Positions 22,242 to 31,235 of a DNA stretch of 64,000 bases are shown piece after piece. Origin of the DNA: an uncultured bacterium. Lineage in GTDB: Bacteria > Krumholzibacteriota > Krumholzibacteriia > LZORAL124-64-63. A program made the position numbers and the translations under genes. The stretch covers positions 448,001 through 512,000 of the forward strand of contig CAVSGO010000007.1 of the NCBI GenBank assembly GCA_963727525.1, given 5' to 3'. A model generated the notes under the pieces. It was given only the letters and a program-made list of their open reading frames with translations, was not told the origin of the DNA and made no database searches. The number at the start of each line of letters is the position of its first letter. Position 1 is the stretch's first letter.

Positions 22242-23350
22242 GGCGGGGGCTGGGTGTCGTGCTCGCGCTCGGGCTCACGGTCGGGGTGGGGTTGGCCCAG
22301 GGACCGCGGCTCATGCCAGCGCCGCCCGACTCGGCCGCTGCGCCGCCGGACACGGCGGTTGCCACGCTGAGCGGTCCCTCGGCCTGGGGGCGGCCCGAGG
22401 CGATCCGTCTGTGGCCCACCTCCTCACGATTCGGCGCGGTGTCGGCGGTCGTCCTGGACTTCCCGCAGCGCGTGGCGTCGTTCGCGGCCGATTCCCTCGA
22501 CCTGGGGGCACCGTGGCTCGTGCCGGCCACCCCCCAACGGTCTGCCGACCGCCCATGGTGGCGGCGACTGCTGTCGCACGAACCGCGAGTGGACGGGCCG
22601 GATGTTTCCGATCTGCCCCCGGCAGCTCCGGGGACGTGGCGCACCGTCGTGCCGGCGCGGGTGTATCGCACGGGGCCGGTGCGGGTGGCCTGGGCCGGTG
22701 GCGCGATCGGCGAAGTGGTCCAGGTCGCGGGCGTCCTCTCCGATCCTTCCGCGGTCGCCGATATCCGGGATCCGCGCGGTCTCGGTTGGTACAGGCTGCG
22801 TATGCTCGTGGCGCTGCTCGCGGCACTGCTGATCGTGCTTCTGGTCTGGCGATTGCGACGTCGGCGGCGCCGCGCCGCCTTGCCGCCGGATCGCCCGCTC
22901 GTGCCGCCGGCCTGGTACGCGGCTGCGCATGCACTCTGGGGCCTCGACGCCGACGATCTGCCGGCTCGCGGGATGGGCCGGGACTTCCTGGACCGTCTCG
23001 CCGGGATTCTGCGCGCCTATCTGGCCGGCCGCTTCTGGTTGCCGGCCCCGGAGCTGACGGCGCAGGAGATCGCCGTAGCTGCCCTGGAGTCGGGCTGGCC
23101 GAAGGCCTGGTTGCGCGGCTTCGTGACACTGATCGCTGCCGCAGACGCTGATCGCTACGCGCCCTCGCCGATCGACGCTGCCCGCTGCCGGCGCGATCTG
23201 ACGACAGCGCTGTCGCTGATCGCCGCCGTCAGGATCGAGGCACGATACACGCCGGTGGACGTCATGGTGCGTACGGCTGGCGAGGAAGGCTGGGAACGGC
23301 TCCAGGAGAAGTACGGTAGCGCGGCCGCCCTGCAGGAGTCGCCATGCTGA
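22238..23350 (+). CDS. Bat-operon membrane protein (hypothetical)
   Basis: Signal peptide, DIRDP followed by a TM segment and basic stretch, LRAYL...ELTAQE helical domain; lies between DUF58 and batA. Confidence 0.6.
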   Translation: MRRGLGVVLALGLTVGVGLAQGPRLMPAPPDSAAAPPDTAVATLSGPSAWGRPEAIRLWPTSSRFGAVSAVVLDFPQRVASFAADSLDLGAPWLVPATPQRSADRPWWRRLLSHEPRVDGPDVSDLPPAAPGTWRTVVPARVYRTGPVRVAWAGGAIGEVVQVAGVLSDPSAVADIRDPRGLGWYRLRMLVALLAALLIVLLVWRLRRRRRRAALPPDRPLVPPAWYAAAHALWGLDADDLPARGMGRDFLDRLAGILRAYLAGRFWLPAPELTAQEIAVAALESGWPKAWLRGFVTLIAAADADRYAPSPIDAARCRRDLTTALSLIAAVRIEARYTPVDVMVRTAGEEGWERLQEKYGSAAALQESPC

Positions 23351-24333
23351 CTTTCGCTCATCCGTGGTTCCTGCTGGTGGCCGGGCCGGTGATCGCGCTC
23401 TTCTGGTGGCGACGGCGCCGGCCCGGCCAGCGCGCCGCGCTGCGCCATTCGCACGCCGATCTCTTCCGGCCGACCGGCACAACCTGGCGTCTACGCCTGC
23501 GCGCCATCGCGCCCTGGGTTTCCCTGGTAGCCCTCTTGCTGCTCGTGGTCGCCCTGGGGCAGCCGCGGCGCAGTTTCAGCAGCCAGGAGGTGGAGGGCCG
23601 CGGGATCGACATCATGATCGCCCTGGATATCAGCGGCAGCATGCGTGCGCTCGACTTCTCGCCCAAGGACCGACTCCAGGCCGCGAAGGATGTGATCCAC
23701 GACTTCATCGCGGGCCGACCTCACGATCGCATCGGCCTCGTGGTCTTCGCGGCCAAGGCGTTCACACAGTGCCCGGTGACGCTGGATCACCAGGTCCTGC
23801 TCGGATTCCTCGATGAGATCCGCGTGGGGCTCATCGACGACGGCACGGCCATCGGTCTCGGGCTCGCCACCGCCGTGGGAAGGCTGAGGCAGAGCCAGGC
23901 GGAGAGCAAGACCGTGATCCTGCTCACCGACGGGATGAACAATGTGCCCACGCTCGAGCCGGAAACCGCGGCGGAACTGGCCAGGACCCTCGGCGTACGG
24001 GTGTACACGGTGGCGATCGGACGTGAGGGCGTGGCGCCGTATCCCGTGGACGATCCCCTCTTCGGCCGGCGGATGCAGCAGATCGAGACGCACATCGACG
24101 AGAAACTTCTGCGCCGCATCGCCACGACCACCGGCGGCGAGATGTTTCGCGCGACCGACCCCGAGGCGCTTGCGAGCATCTTCGCGACGATCGACAAGCT
24201 CGAGACATCGCGGTACGAGACCCGGGTGTCGACATATCACAGGGAGATGATGGCCTGGTTCGCCGGACCCGCCCTGGTCCTGCTGCTGCTGAGCCATCTC
24301 GTGAGTTCGCTCTGGTTGCGGCGACTGCCGTGA
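23344..24333 (+). CDS. batA: VWA domain protein BatA
   Basis: FAHPWFL N-terminus, DIMIALDISGSM (MIDAS), DRIGLVVF, GTAIG, LLTDG. Confidence 0.9.
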   Translation: MLTFAHPWFLLVAGPVIALFWWRRRRPGQRAALRHSHADLFRPTGTTWRLRLRAIAPWVSLVALLLLVVALGQPRRSFSSQEVEGRGIDIMIALDISGSMRALDFSPKDRLQAAKDVIHDFIAGRPHDRIGLVVFAAKAFTQCPVTLDHQVLLGFLDEIRVGLIDDGTAIGLGLATAVGRLRQSQAESKTVILLTDGMNNVPTLEPETAAELARTLGVRVYTVAIGREGVAPYPVDDPLFGRRMQQIETHIDEKLLRRIATTTGGEMFRATDPEALASIFATIDKLETSRYETRVSTYHREMMAWFAGPALVLLLLSHLVSSLWLRRLP

Positions 24334-24353
24334 CGACGTGAAGTGAGGCGACG

Positions 24354-26291
24354 GTGCAGTTCGCGACACCTATCTGGTTGTGGGGCCTGATGGCCGTGCC
24401 GCTCCTGTGGCTGGTGCAGCGCGCGGCCGACCGGCGGGGAGACCGCCGCGCCCGCCAGCTCCTCGGCGAGGGGGCGGCGCAGCATCGCGAGGGGTGGAAT
24501 CCCCGGGTGCGCGGCTGGCGCCGCCTGTGCTTCCTTGCCGGGTTGTTCTGGCTGGTGGTGGCGCTGGCGCGGCCCCAGTGGGGAGCAAACGAGGTCACGG
24601 TGACCCAGCGAGGCAGCGATGTGGTGATCGCGCTCGACGTGTCCAATTCCATGCTTGCGGAAGACGAACCGCCCAGCCGGCTCGAGCGCGCGAAGGCCGA
24701 GCTCTCGAGCTTCCTGAAGAAGCTGCAGCGCAGCCGCGTCGGATTGGTGCTCTTCGCGGGTGAAGCTTTCGTCCAGTGCCCGTTGACGGCCGACTACGCC
24801 ACGGCCGACATCTTTCTGAGCATGGCCGCGCCGGACATGATCTCGGAGCAGGGCACGGCGCTGGCGTCGGCGCTCAAGACGAGCCACGACCTGTTGATCT
24901 CCGGTCGCGGCGAGGGCAAGGGTGGTGCATTCCAGGCCATCCTGCTCGTCACGGACGGCGAGGATCTCGAGGGCGACTGGGAGAAGGAAGCCCGGGCCTG
25001 CCGCGACGACGGCATCGTCGTCATCCCGGTGGGCATCGGCAAGGAGACGGGCGGGCTCGTGCCGGCCTTTGACAGCGAGGGCAATCCGAACGGCTACATG
25101 AAGGATCCCCAGGGCAATCTCGTGATGTCCCGCCTCGACATGGCGTCGCTCGAGAAGCTCGCGGACATCGGTGGTGCGTCGACGTTTCGAGTGGGAGTGG
25201 ACGGGCTGGCCGGAGACCGCCTGCGCACCGTGCTCGACAGGCTCGGCCAGCGCGACTTCGAGGAGAGGCGCATCAGTGCCTACCAGGAGCGGTTCCGCTG
25301 GCCCCTGGGTCTGGCCATCGCCGCGTTCCTGGTCGGCGCAGCGATCCAATCGCGTCGGCCGCGTCTCGCACCGACCGCCGCTGCCGCGACCGTGGCGCTA
25401 CTCGTCGCGCTGGGACTCGGCAGTTTCAGCCTGCCGGCACAGGCCGACCCGCTGCGCCCCGCCGGCGCGGATCTCGTGGGTCAAGGTCGCCAGCATTATG
25501 CCGCGGGCGAGTACGAGGATGCGCTCACCGATTTCGAGGCAGCGCGGGCGCTGAATCCCGATGATCCGCGGCTCAGCCTCGCGGTCGGGGAGGCGCTCAA
25601 TCGCCTCGGTCGCTACGACGATGCGCAGCGCGAGTTCGGCCGTGCGGTCGATCAGGCACACGAGCCGAATCTGCGGGCTGAAGGGCTCTACAACGCCGGC
25701 ACGAATGCTCTCGCCAAAGGCGACGCCAAGCAAGCGGCCGATCTTCTGCAACAGAGCCTGCGGCTGCAACCCGACCAGGACGACGCGTTGCGCAATCTCG
25801 AGGCGGCGCTTGCACGCATACAGCAGCAGAAGCAGCAGGATTCAGATCAGCAGGACCAGAAGGACCAGAAGGACCAGAAGGACAAGAAGGATCAGAAGGA
25901 CAAGCAGGACCAGAAGGGCGATCAGGACCAGCAGAACCAGCGAGATCAGAATCAACAGCAAGACCAGAAGCAGCAACAGGGCCAGCAGGACAAGCAGGAC
26001 CAGCAAGGCCAGCAGGATCAGCAGCAGCAAGACGAGCAGCAGCAGAACCAGCAGGACCAGAACCAGCAGGACCAGAACCAGGACCAGGACCAACTGCAAC
26101 AGCAGGGCCATGACGATCAGCAGGAGGATGCCAATCAGCAGACCCAGCCGACCGAGCCCACGCAGGAACAGCTCGACAAGGAACGGGCGATGCAGATACT
26201 CAAGGCGCTCGATCGCGACGAGGAGACACTCAAGCGCTCGATCCAGCGGCGGTTGCAGGGCCATCCCACCAAGAGCGGGAAGCGATGGTGA
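24354..26291 (+). CDS. batB: BatB-like VWA domain fused to BatC-like TPR and Q/D-rich tail
   Basis: ARPQWG, LDVSNSM, LVTDGED; then TM segments, TPRs (LYNAG...ALRNLE), a Q/D low-complexity tract and the C-terminus ...GKRW. Confidence 0.8.
   Translation: MQFATPIWLWGLMAVPLLWLVQRAADRRGDRRARQLLGEGAAQHREGWNPRVRGWRRLCFLAGLFWLVVALARPQWGANEVTVTQRGSDVVIALDVSNSMLAEDEPPSRLERAKAELSSFLKKLQRSRVGLVLFAGEAFVQCPLTADYATADIFLSMAAPDMISEQGTALASALKTSHDLLISGRGEGKGGAFQAILLVTDGEDLEGDWEKEARACRDDGIVVIPVGIGKETGGLVPAFDSEGNPNGYMKDPQGNLVMSRLDMASLEKLADIGGASTFRVGVDGLAGDRLRTVLDRLGQRDFEERRISAYQERFRWPLGLAIAAFLVGAAIQSRRPRLAPTAAAATVALLVALGLGSFSLPAQADPLRPAGADLVGQGRQHYAAGEYEDALTDFEAARALNPDDPRLSLAVGEALNRLGRYDDAQREFGRAVDQAHEPNLRAEGLYNAGTNALAKGDAKQAADLLQQSLRLQPDQDDALRNLEAALARIQQQKQQDSDQQDQKDQKDQKDKKDQKDKQDQKGDQDQQNQRDQNQQQDQKQQQGQQDKQDQQGQQDQQQQDEQQQNQQDQNQQDQNQDQDQLQQQGHDDQQEDANQQTQPTEPTQEQLDKERAMQILKALDRDEETLKRSIQRRLQGHPTKSGKRW
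25821..26160 (+). repeat. Low-complexity Gln/Asp/Lys-coding tract (CAG/GAC/AAG-rich)
   Basis: QQQKQQDSDQQDQKDQKDQKD... within the batB/C ORF. Confidence 0.85.
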
Positions 26292-28951
26292 CAGTGCGTC
26301 GAGAGGTCGCGACCAGCCTGCTCGTGCTGCTCACCCTCGTGGTCGGGCTGGCCTCGTCGGCATCAGCGACGTTGCAGTGCGAGGCCAAAGTCGACCGCAC
26401 GACGATCACGAGCGGGGATGCCGTGGTGCTCACCGTCACGGCGCGAGGCGACTTCGGCCGCATACCCAGCATCGCGGCGCCGACGATCACCGGAGTCGAC
26501 GTCGCCTCGGGCGGCACGAGCCAGAGCTTCAGCTTCGTCAACGGCGCGACCGAAGCTTCGTACGCTGTCACGTACTACCTCCAGGTCCGGCGGCCGGACA
26601 ACTTCACGGTCCCGGCGCTGGAGGTGAAGACCGGGCGTGAACGGTGCGCGACGGATCCCATCGCGATCACGGTGAGCGGATCGGCCGGTGTGCCTCCGGG
26701 TACCAGCGGCAACCGTCAGCCACGGCCACCCCAGTTCCCGAAAACGCCCCCGGCGAACCAGGCCGCCCCGCGTGGAAGTGGGCCCGCCGCCGGCCGCCCC
26801 GGCGACGAGATCTTCGTGACCACGTCCGTCGACCACGACGTCGCCTGGGTGGGTGAGCAGATCATCCTCAGCTTCAAGTACTTTCGCCGGGTGAACCCCT
26901 GGGACAACCCAAGCTACGACCCGCCGAAGACCGAGGGTTGCTGGCGGCTCGATCTGCCGCCTGAACGCAACTATCGCCAGACCGTCAACGGGCTCATGTA
27001 CCAGGTGACAGAGATCCGCTACGCGCTCTTCGCGACGGACCCCGGCAAGCTGGAGGTCGGACCGGCGCGACTGACGTTTCCACAGGATCCCTTCGCGCGG
27101 CTCTTCCCCGGGCGGCGCAAGTCCCAAGATCTCGCGACGGCGCCCCTGACGGTGACGGTGAAGGAGCTGCCGCTGCCACGCCCCGCGGATTTCAGCGGCC
27201 TCGTCGCCAGCGAGATCGAGCTCACGGCCACGGTCGATCGCGATACCGTACCGCGTGGCGAACCGGTGAGTCTGGACCTGCGCCTGCGTGCGGACGCGTT
27301 CCTCAAAAGCTTCTCCGGTCTCACCGTCCCGGCACCTGTAGCGGCGCGCCTGCACGACGCCAAAGAGGACCTGCGCGAGGACGTGTCGGGTCCGCGCTAT
27401 CGCGCCACGTTGACGCAGGAGAAGGTCCTCGTCCCGACGCAGGAGGGAACGCTGCAGGTTCCTGCGGTCACCCTGCGTTACTTCGATCCGCTGCGAGCCC
27501 AGTACGTTCTCGCATCGAGCGAACCGCACGCGGTTGTCGTGACCGGGAGCGATCTGCCCGTGGCGGGCGACGAACCATCAGGCTTCCGGCGCACGGAGAT
27601 CGAGCGTCTCAGCCACGATCTCGCGTTCATCCATCCTGTCACGGGTCGCCTCGGGCGATCCCACCGACCATGGCCCGAGCGCCCGCTCTGGTGGGCCCTC
27701 GTCGCGTTGCCGCTGGTAGTCCTGGCGGGGCTGCGGCTGGCGCTGCGTCGGCGTGCTGCCGCTCTGCGCGATCCGGCGGGCGTGCGGCGTCGGCGGGCTC
27801 TGGCCGACGCCCGCAAGCTCCTGGCGACGGTGCCTCGCAGCCTCGATCCGCAGGACCAGCTCACGACCATCGCGGCCGCCATCACTGGCTACGTCGCCGA
27901 CCGCACGAACCGAGCGGCGGCTGGACTCACCGGTGCCGAGGTCCGCGCTCATGGCGAGCGCTTGGGACGGCCGGAGGTGGGGGTGCGGCTGGCACGGGCT
28001 CTCGGGCAGTGTGACAGCGTCCGTTTCGGAGGCGCCCAGGTGGCCAATCCGCTCGCGCTGGCAACCGAGGTCGCAGATCTTCTCGCGCAGCTCGATCACG
28101 GCGACCAGTCCAGCGCCGCCGGGCGTGGCGTGACGACCGTGCTCGTCTGCATCCTCGCCATGGGGCTGGTCACGGTGAGCCGGGCTGCGACGACGGAACC
28201 CGCGGCCGGTCCAGCGCCGGGCGCCGATCCGGCGCGCCTCGTCGCCGAGGGCAATCAGGCCTACACGGACGGGGACATCGCCACCGCCCTCGCGCGCTAC
28301 CAGGCGGCTCGCGATGCGGGGACCGACGATGCGCTGCTCGACTACGACCTCGGCAACGCCTATGCGCGCGACGGTCGGCTCGGCCGAGCGATCGCCAGCT
28401 ACCTGCGGTCGTTGCGCAAGAATCCGCGCGATCACGATGCCCGGGCCAACCTGGCCTGGGTGCGCAGCCACACGCGAGACCTGGAACTAGGCAGCCGCCA
28501 TCTGCCTCCCGTGGTGGCACAGATCGACGCGGCCCTCGGTCGCGTCAGCCTGAACGAGTGGAGCCTGGTGACCCTCCTTCTCGTCTGGGCGACCGCCGGC
28601 CTGCTCGCGCTGGTCTGGTGGCGGGGCTATCTCGGCGAAGGATTGAGGCGCGGACTGATCGCGGCGATCACGTGCCTGGCGATCGCGGGGGGCGTGACGA
28701 TCGAGCGCTGGATCGCGGAACGTGTCCGTGACGTGGCCGTCGTCATCGCCGACGAGGCCGAGGTACGCAGCGGTCCGGCCACGAGCTTCCCGGTGGCGTT
28801 CCGCGTCCACGATGGTCTCACACTCACCGTGCGCGGCGAGCACGACGACTGGGCGCGCATCGGGCTCGGCGGCGAGTGGGTCGGATGGGTTCCCCAGGGT
28901 ACCCTCGAACGGGTTCGTCGCCCGCTGAGCGCTCACGCGCCGGGGCGGTAG
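26285..28951 (+). CDS. batD: BatD-like protein fused to BatE-like TPR-SH3 module
   Basis: Ig-like BatD repeats (SQSFSFVNG, WVGEQI, PRGEPV); C-terminal TPR (YDLGNAY, DARANL), TM segments and SH3-like EVRSGP...GWVP. Confidence 0.78.
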   Translation: MVTVRREVATSLLVLLTLVVGLASSASATLQCEAKVDRTTITSGDAVVLTVTARGDFGRIPSIAAPTITGVDVASGGTSQSFSFVNGATEASYAVTYYLQVRRPDNFTVPALEVKTGRERCATDPIAITVSGSAGVPPGTSGNRQPRPPQFPKTPPANQAAPRGSGPAAGRPGDEIFVTTSVDHDVAWVGEQIILSFKYFRRVNPWDNPSYDPPKTEGCWRLDLPPERNYRQTVNGLMYQVTEIRYALFATDPGKLEVGPARLTFPQDPFARLFPGRRKSQDLATAPLTVTVKELPLPRPADFSGLVASEIELTATVDRDTVPRGEPVSLDLRLRADAFLKSFSGLTVPAPVAARLHDAKEDLREDVSGPRYRATLTQEKVLVPTQEGTLQVPAVTLRYFDPLRAQYVLASSEPHAVVVTGSDLPVAGDEPSGFRRTEIERLSHDLAFIHPVTGRLGRSHRPWPERPLWWALVALPLVVLAGLRLALRRRAAALRDPAGVRRRRALADARKLLATVPRSLDPQDQLTTIAAAITGYVADRTNRAAAGLTGAEVRAHGERLGRPEVGVRLARALGQCDSVRFGGAQVANPLALATEVADLLAQLDHGDQSSAAGRGVTTVLVCILAMGLVTVSRAATTEPAAGPAPGADPARLVAEGNQAYTDGDIATALARYQAARDAGTDDALLDYDLGNAYARDGRLGRAIASYLRSLRKNPRDHDARANLAWVRSHTRDLELGSRHLPPVVAQIDAALGRVSLNEWSLVTLLLVWATAGLLALVWWRGYLGEGLRRGLIAAITCLAIAGGVTIERWIAERVRDVAVVIADEAEVRSGPATSFPVAFRVHDGLTLTVRGEHDDWARIGLGGEWVGWVPQGTLERVRRPLSAHAPGR

Positions 28952-29298
28952 GTGGCCTCGTTGTTCGGGCTTTCGCAGACCGTCACATCGGCCAGGAGCG
29001 GCAGCGCCGTCTTCAACGCGTCGTAGATGTAGATCGCCAGACGCTCGGCCGTGGGGTTCTCGAGGCCGGGAATCTCGTTGAGATCCGCGTGGTCGAACCG
29101 CAGCCGTAGTGGCCGGAACGCCGCCTTCACCTCGCCATAGTCCTGGACCCATCCGAGTGCCGGGTCGAGCGGTCCCTCGAGTCCGATGATCACGCGATAG
29201 CTGTGACCATGGACCCGGCCGCACTTGTGTCCGGGGGGAACATGGGGAAGATGATGTGCGGCAGCGAATTCGAACGCCTTGGTGATCCGGCAGCGCAT
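28933..29298 (-). CDS. queD: 6-carboxytetrahydropterin synthase
   Basis: FAAAHHLP, HKCGRVHGHSY, FDHADLN, ENPTAE. Confidence 0.93.
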   Translation of the reverse strand: MRCRITKAFEFAAAHHLPHVPPGHKCGRVHGHSYRVIIGLEGPLDPALGWVQDYGEVKAAFRPLRLRFDHADLNEIPGLENPTAERLAIYIYDALKTALPLLADVTVCESPNNEATYRPGA

Positions 29299-29429
29299 GA
29301 GACCTCCTGAGCCTGGGCCGCGAAAATAAAGCCCGGACGTAAAAATCTGTCAACTTCCGCCCGTGCTGGCCGAACGAAACGTGGAGTCAGGAATGTTCCC
29401 GTTCCACCGCGCTCGCGGCGAGGTTCGCC

Positions 29430-31232
29430 TTGGTTCACGGTCCGCACGATTCGCATTGCGCGCAAGACGCTTCCGGGGCGCCGGTCGAGACGACAGCGAC
29501 GCCGACCAGCGTCGTGAGCGGTGCCGACAGGCTCGTCGCCGGGCGCGGCGTCGATCCGCTGGCGCTGCTGCGCGCAAGCTTCGCCGAGATGAACGGCCTG
29601 GCCAGGCCCGCCGACTATGCCGAATTCTTCGCCCAGGTCGCCTCGCGCGCGAATCTGCGCATGCTGCTGCTCAAGCGCTGGCGCTCGGGGTTGCAGGTCA
29701 TCCTGGAACGGAACGTTGCGCTTCCGCAGGAAGCGAAGTCCAAGCGCACGGACGGCCGCGCGCCGATTCCCTTCGACAAGGACGACATCTTCAGCGCTTG
29801 CGCCGAGGAGGTCCAGGTCTATGCCGGACCGGTTCCCGCGAAGCACTTTCCGCTCGACCTGACGCTGCTGCTCGGACGTGGCGCGCGCGACCGCCGGATC
29901 GTGCTCCTGCCACTGCCGTCGCGCGATCACTGGAACACGTTCGTCTACCTCGATGCCGATCACGGGAATGACCAGGCGCTCACGGTGGCCGAACTACTCG
30001 CATACCACGCCCTCACCCGGCTCCAGCTCCTGCAGCACGGCGAGATGGCGCGCGAGGGCAAGGTGGCCGGGATTCTCAAACTCGAGCAGCTCCGACGTCG
30101 CGAGCGGACCGAGGCGCGACGGGCCCGACTCTCTTCCATGGAGCCGGCGGATCCCGAGGGCTCGACGGTTCCGCTGGCAGGCACGCACCCTTCGGCGCCT
30201 GTGGTCATCGCCACGCCGGGCGACGAGCTGGCGTCCCTGGCGAGCGATCTGCCGGCGTCCGCCATACGCGCGCACGAGGCGCAACTCGCCGCCGACAACA
30301 TCGTCAACGCCTGGGAGGCGGCCGTCCTCGGGAGCCGAGGCGGCGAGGAGGATCGCCAGGCCCAGCGTATCGCGAACGTGTCCTACAAGCCTGGAACGCC
30401 GATGGATCCGCAGGATATCCTGCACCGCAGCGGCGAGCTTCCCGCGCTACCGAAAGCGGCCGTGCATATCCTCTCGGTCATCGAAGATCCCCGCACCACC
30501 GCCACTCGCCTCGAACGGGCCGTGGCCATGGATCAGGCGCTCACGGCGAAGATCCTGCGCATCGCCAACAGTCCATTCTACGGTGCCGTACGGGAGATCA
30601 AGACCGTCAGTGAGGCCATCGTGCGGCTCGGCTTCGTCACGATCCGCAACTGGACGCTGGTGACCGCCACGAAATCGGTCTTCCTGGCACCGGGGGCAGG
30701 ATTGCTCTTCCAGAAGATCTGGCGCCAGTCCGTGATCTCGGCCATGGCGGGCCAGCTCGTGGCTCAGGCGCTCTCGCCTGGAGACCCGGAGACCGCGTTT
30801 CTGGGCGGCTTGATGCAGAATATCGGCCAGCTCGTGCTCGCGCGTAGCCAGCCGGAGCTCTTCCAGCAGGTGCTGACGATCTCGGCGGAGGAACATCTGC
30901 CCTATCACGTGGTGGAGCAGGAGATGCTCGGCTTCGACCATGGCGATCTGGGTGCCCTGCTGATCAACGAGTGGAACCTCAGCGAGGAACTCGAGCAGGC
31001 CGTGCGCTGGCACCACCGGCTGGAACATCCGGACGCGAAGAACCGCCGCCTCGCCGCGATGATCGCCCTTGGCGAGGAAGTGGCCGCGTGCACCGGCAGC
31101 GTTGCCGAGGATCTGGATCTGCGCTGGGAGCAGAGCCAGGCGGCGGCCGCCCTCGGTGTGCCGGCCGGCGTGTTCAGCCGCCTGCGCGAGCAAGCCCGCA
31201 CGTTGAGTATCGACCCCGGCTTCTTCAGCTAG
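29430..31232 (+). CDS. HDOD domain signalling protein with an uncharacterised N-terminal region
   Basis: LPALP...DQALTAKILRIANSPFYG...AIVRLG...GGLMQNIG...LGFDH...WNL...WHH; TTG start uncertain. Confidence 0.8.
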   Translation: MVHGPHDSHCAQDASGAPVETTATPTSVVSGADRLVAGRGVDPLALLRASFAEMNGLARPADYAEFFAQVASRANLRMLLLKRWRSGLQVILERNVALPQEAKSKRTDGRAPIPFDKDDIFSACAEEVQVYAGPVPAKHFPLDLTLLLGRGARDRRIVLLPLPSRDHWNTFVYLDADHGNDQALTVAELLAYHALTRLQLLQHGEMAREGKVAGILKLEQLRRRERTEARRARLSSMEPADPEGSTVPLAGTHPSAPVVIATPGDELASLASDLPASAIRAHEAQLAADNIVNAWEAAVLGSRGGEEDRQAQRIANVSYKPGTPMDPQDILHRSGELPALPKAAVHILSVIEDPRTTATRLERAVAMDQALTAKILRIANSPFYGAVREIKTVSEAIVRLGFVTIRNWTLVTATKSVFLAPGAGLLFQKIWRQSVISAMAGQLVAQALSPGDPETAFLGGLMQNIGQLVLARSQPELFQQVLTISAEEHLPYHVVEQEMLGFDHGDLGALLINEWNLSEELEQAVRWHHRLEHPDAKNRRLAAMIALGEEVAACTGSVAEDLDLRWEQSQAAAALGVPAGVFSRLREQARTLSIDPGFFS

Positions 31233-31235
31233 CCA

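Noticed and set aside
25842-26264. Extremely Leu/Val-rich minus-strand ORF resembling a membrane protein
   Set aside because: Reverse-complement artefact of the CAG/GAC-rich Q/D tract in batB/C
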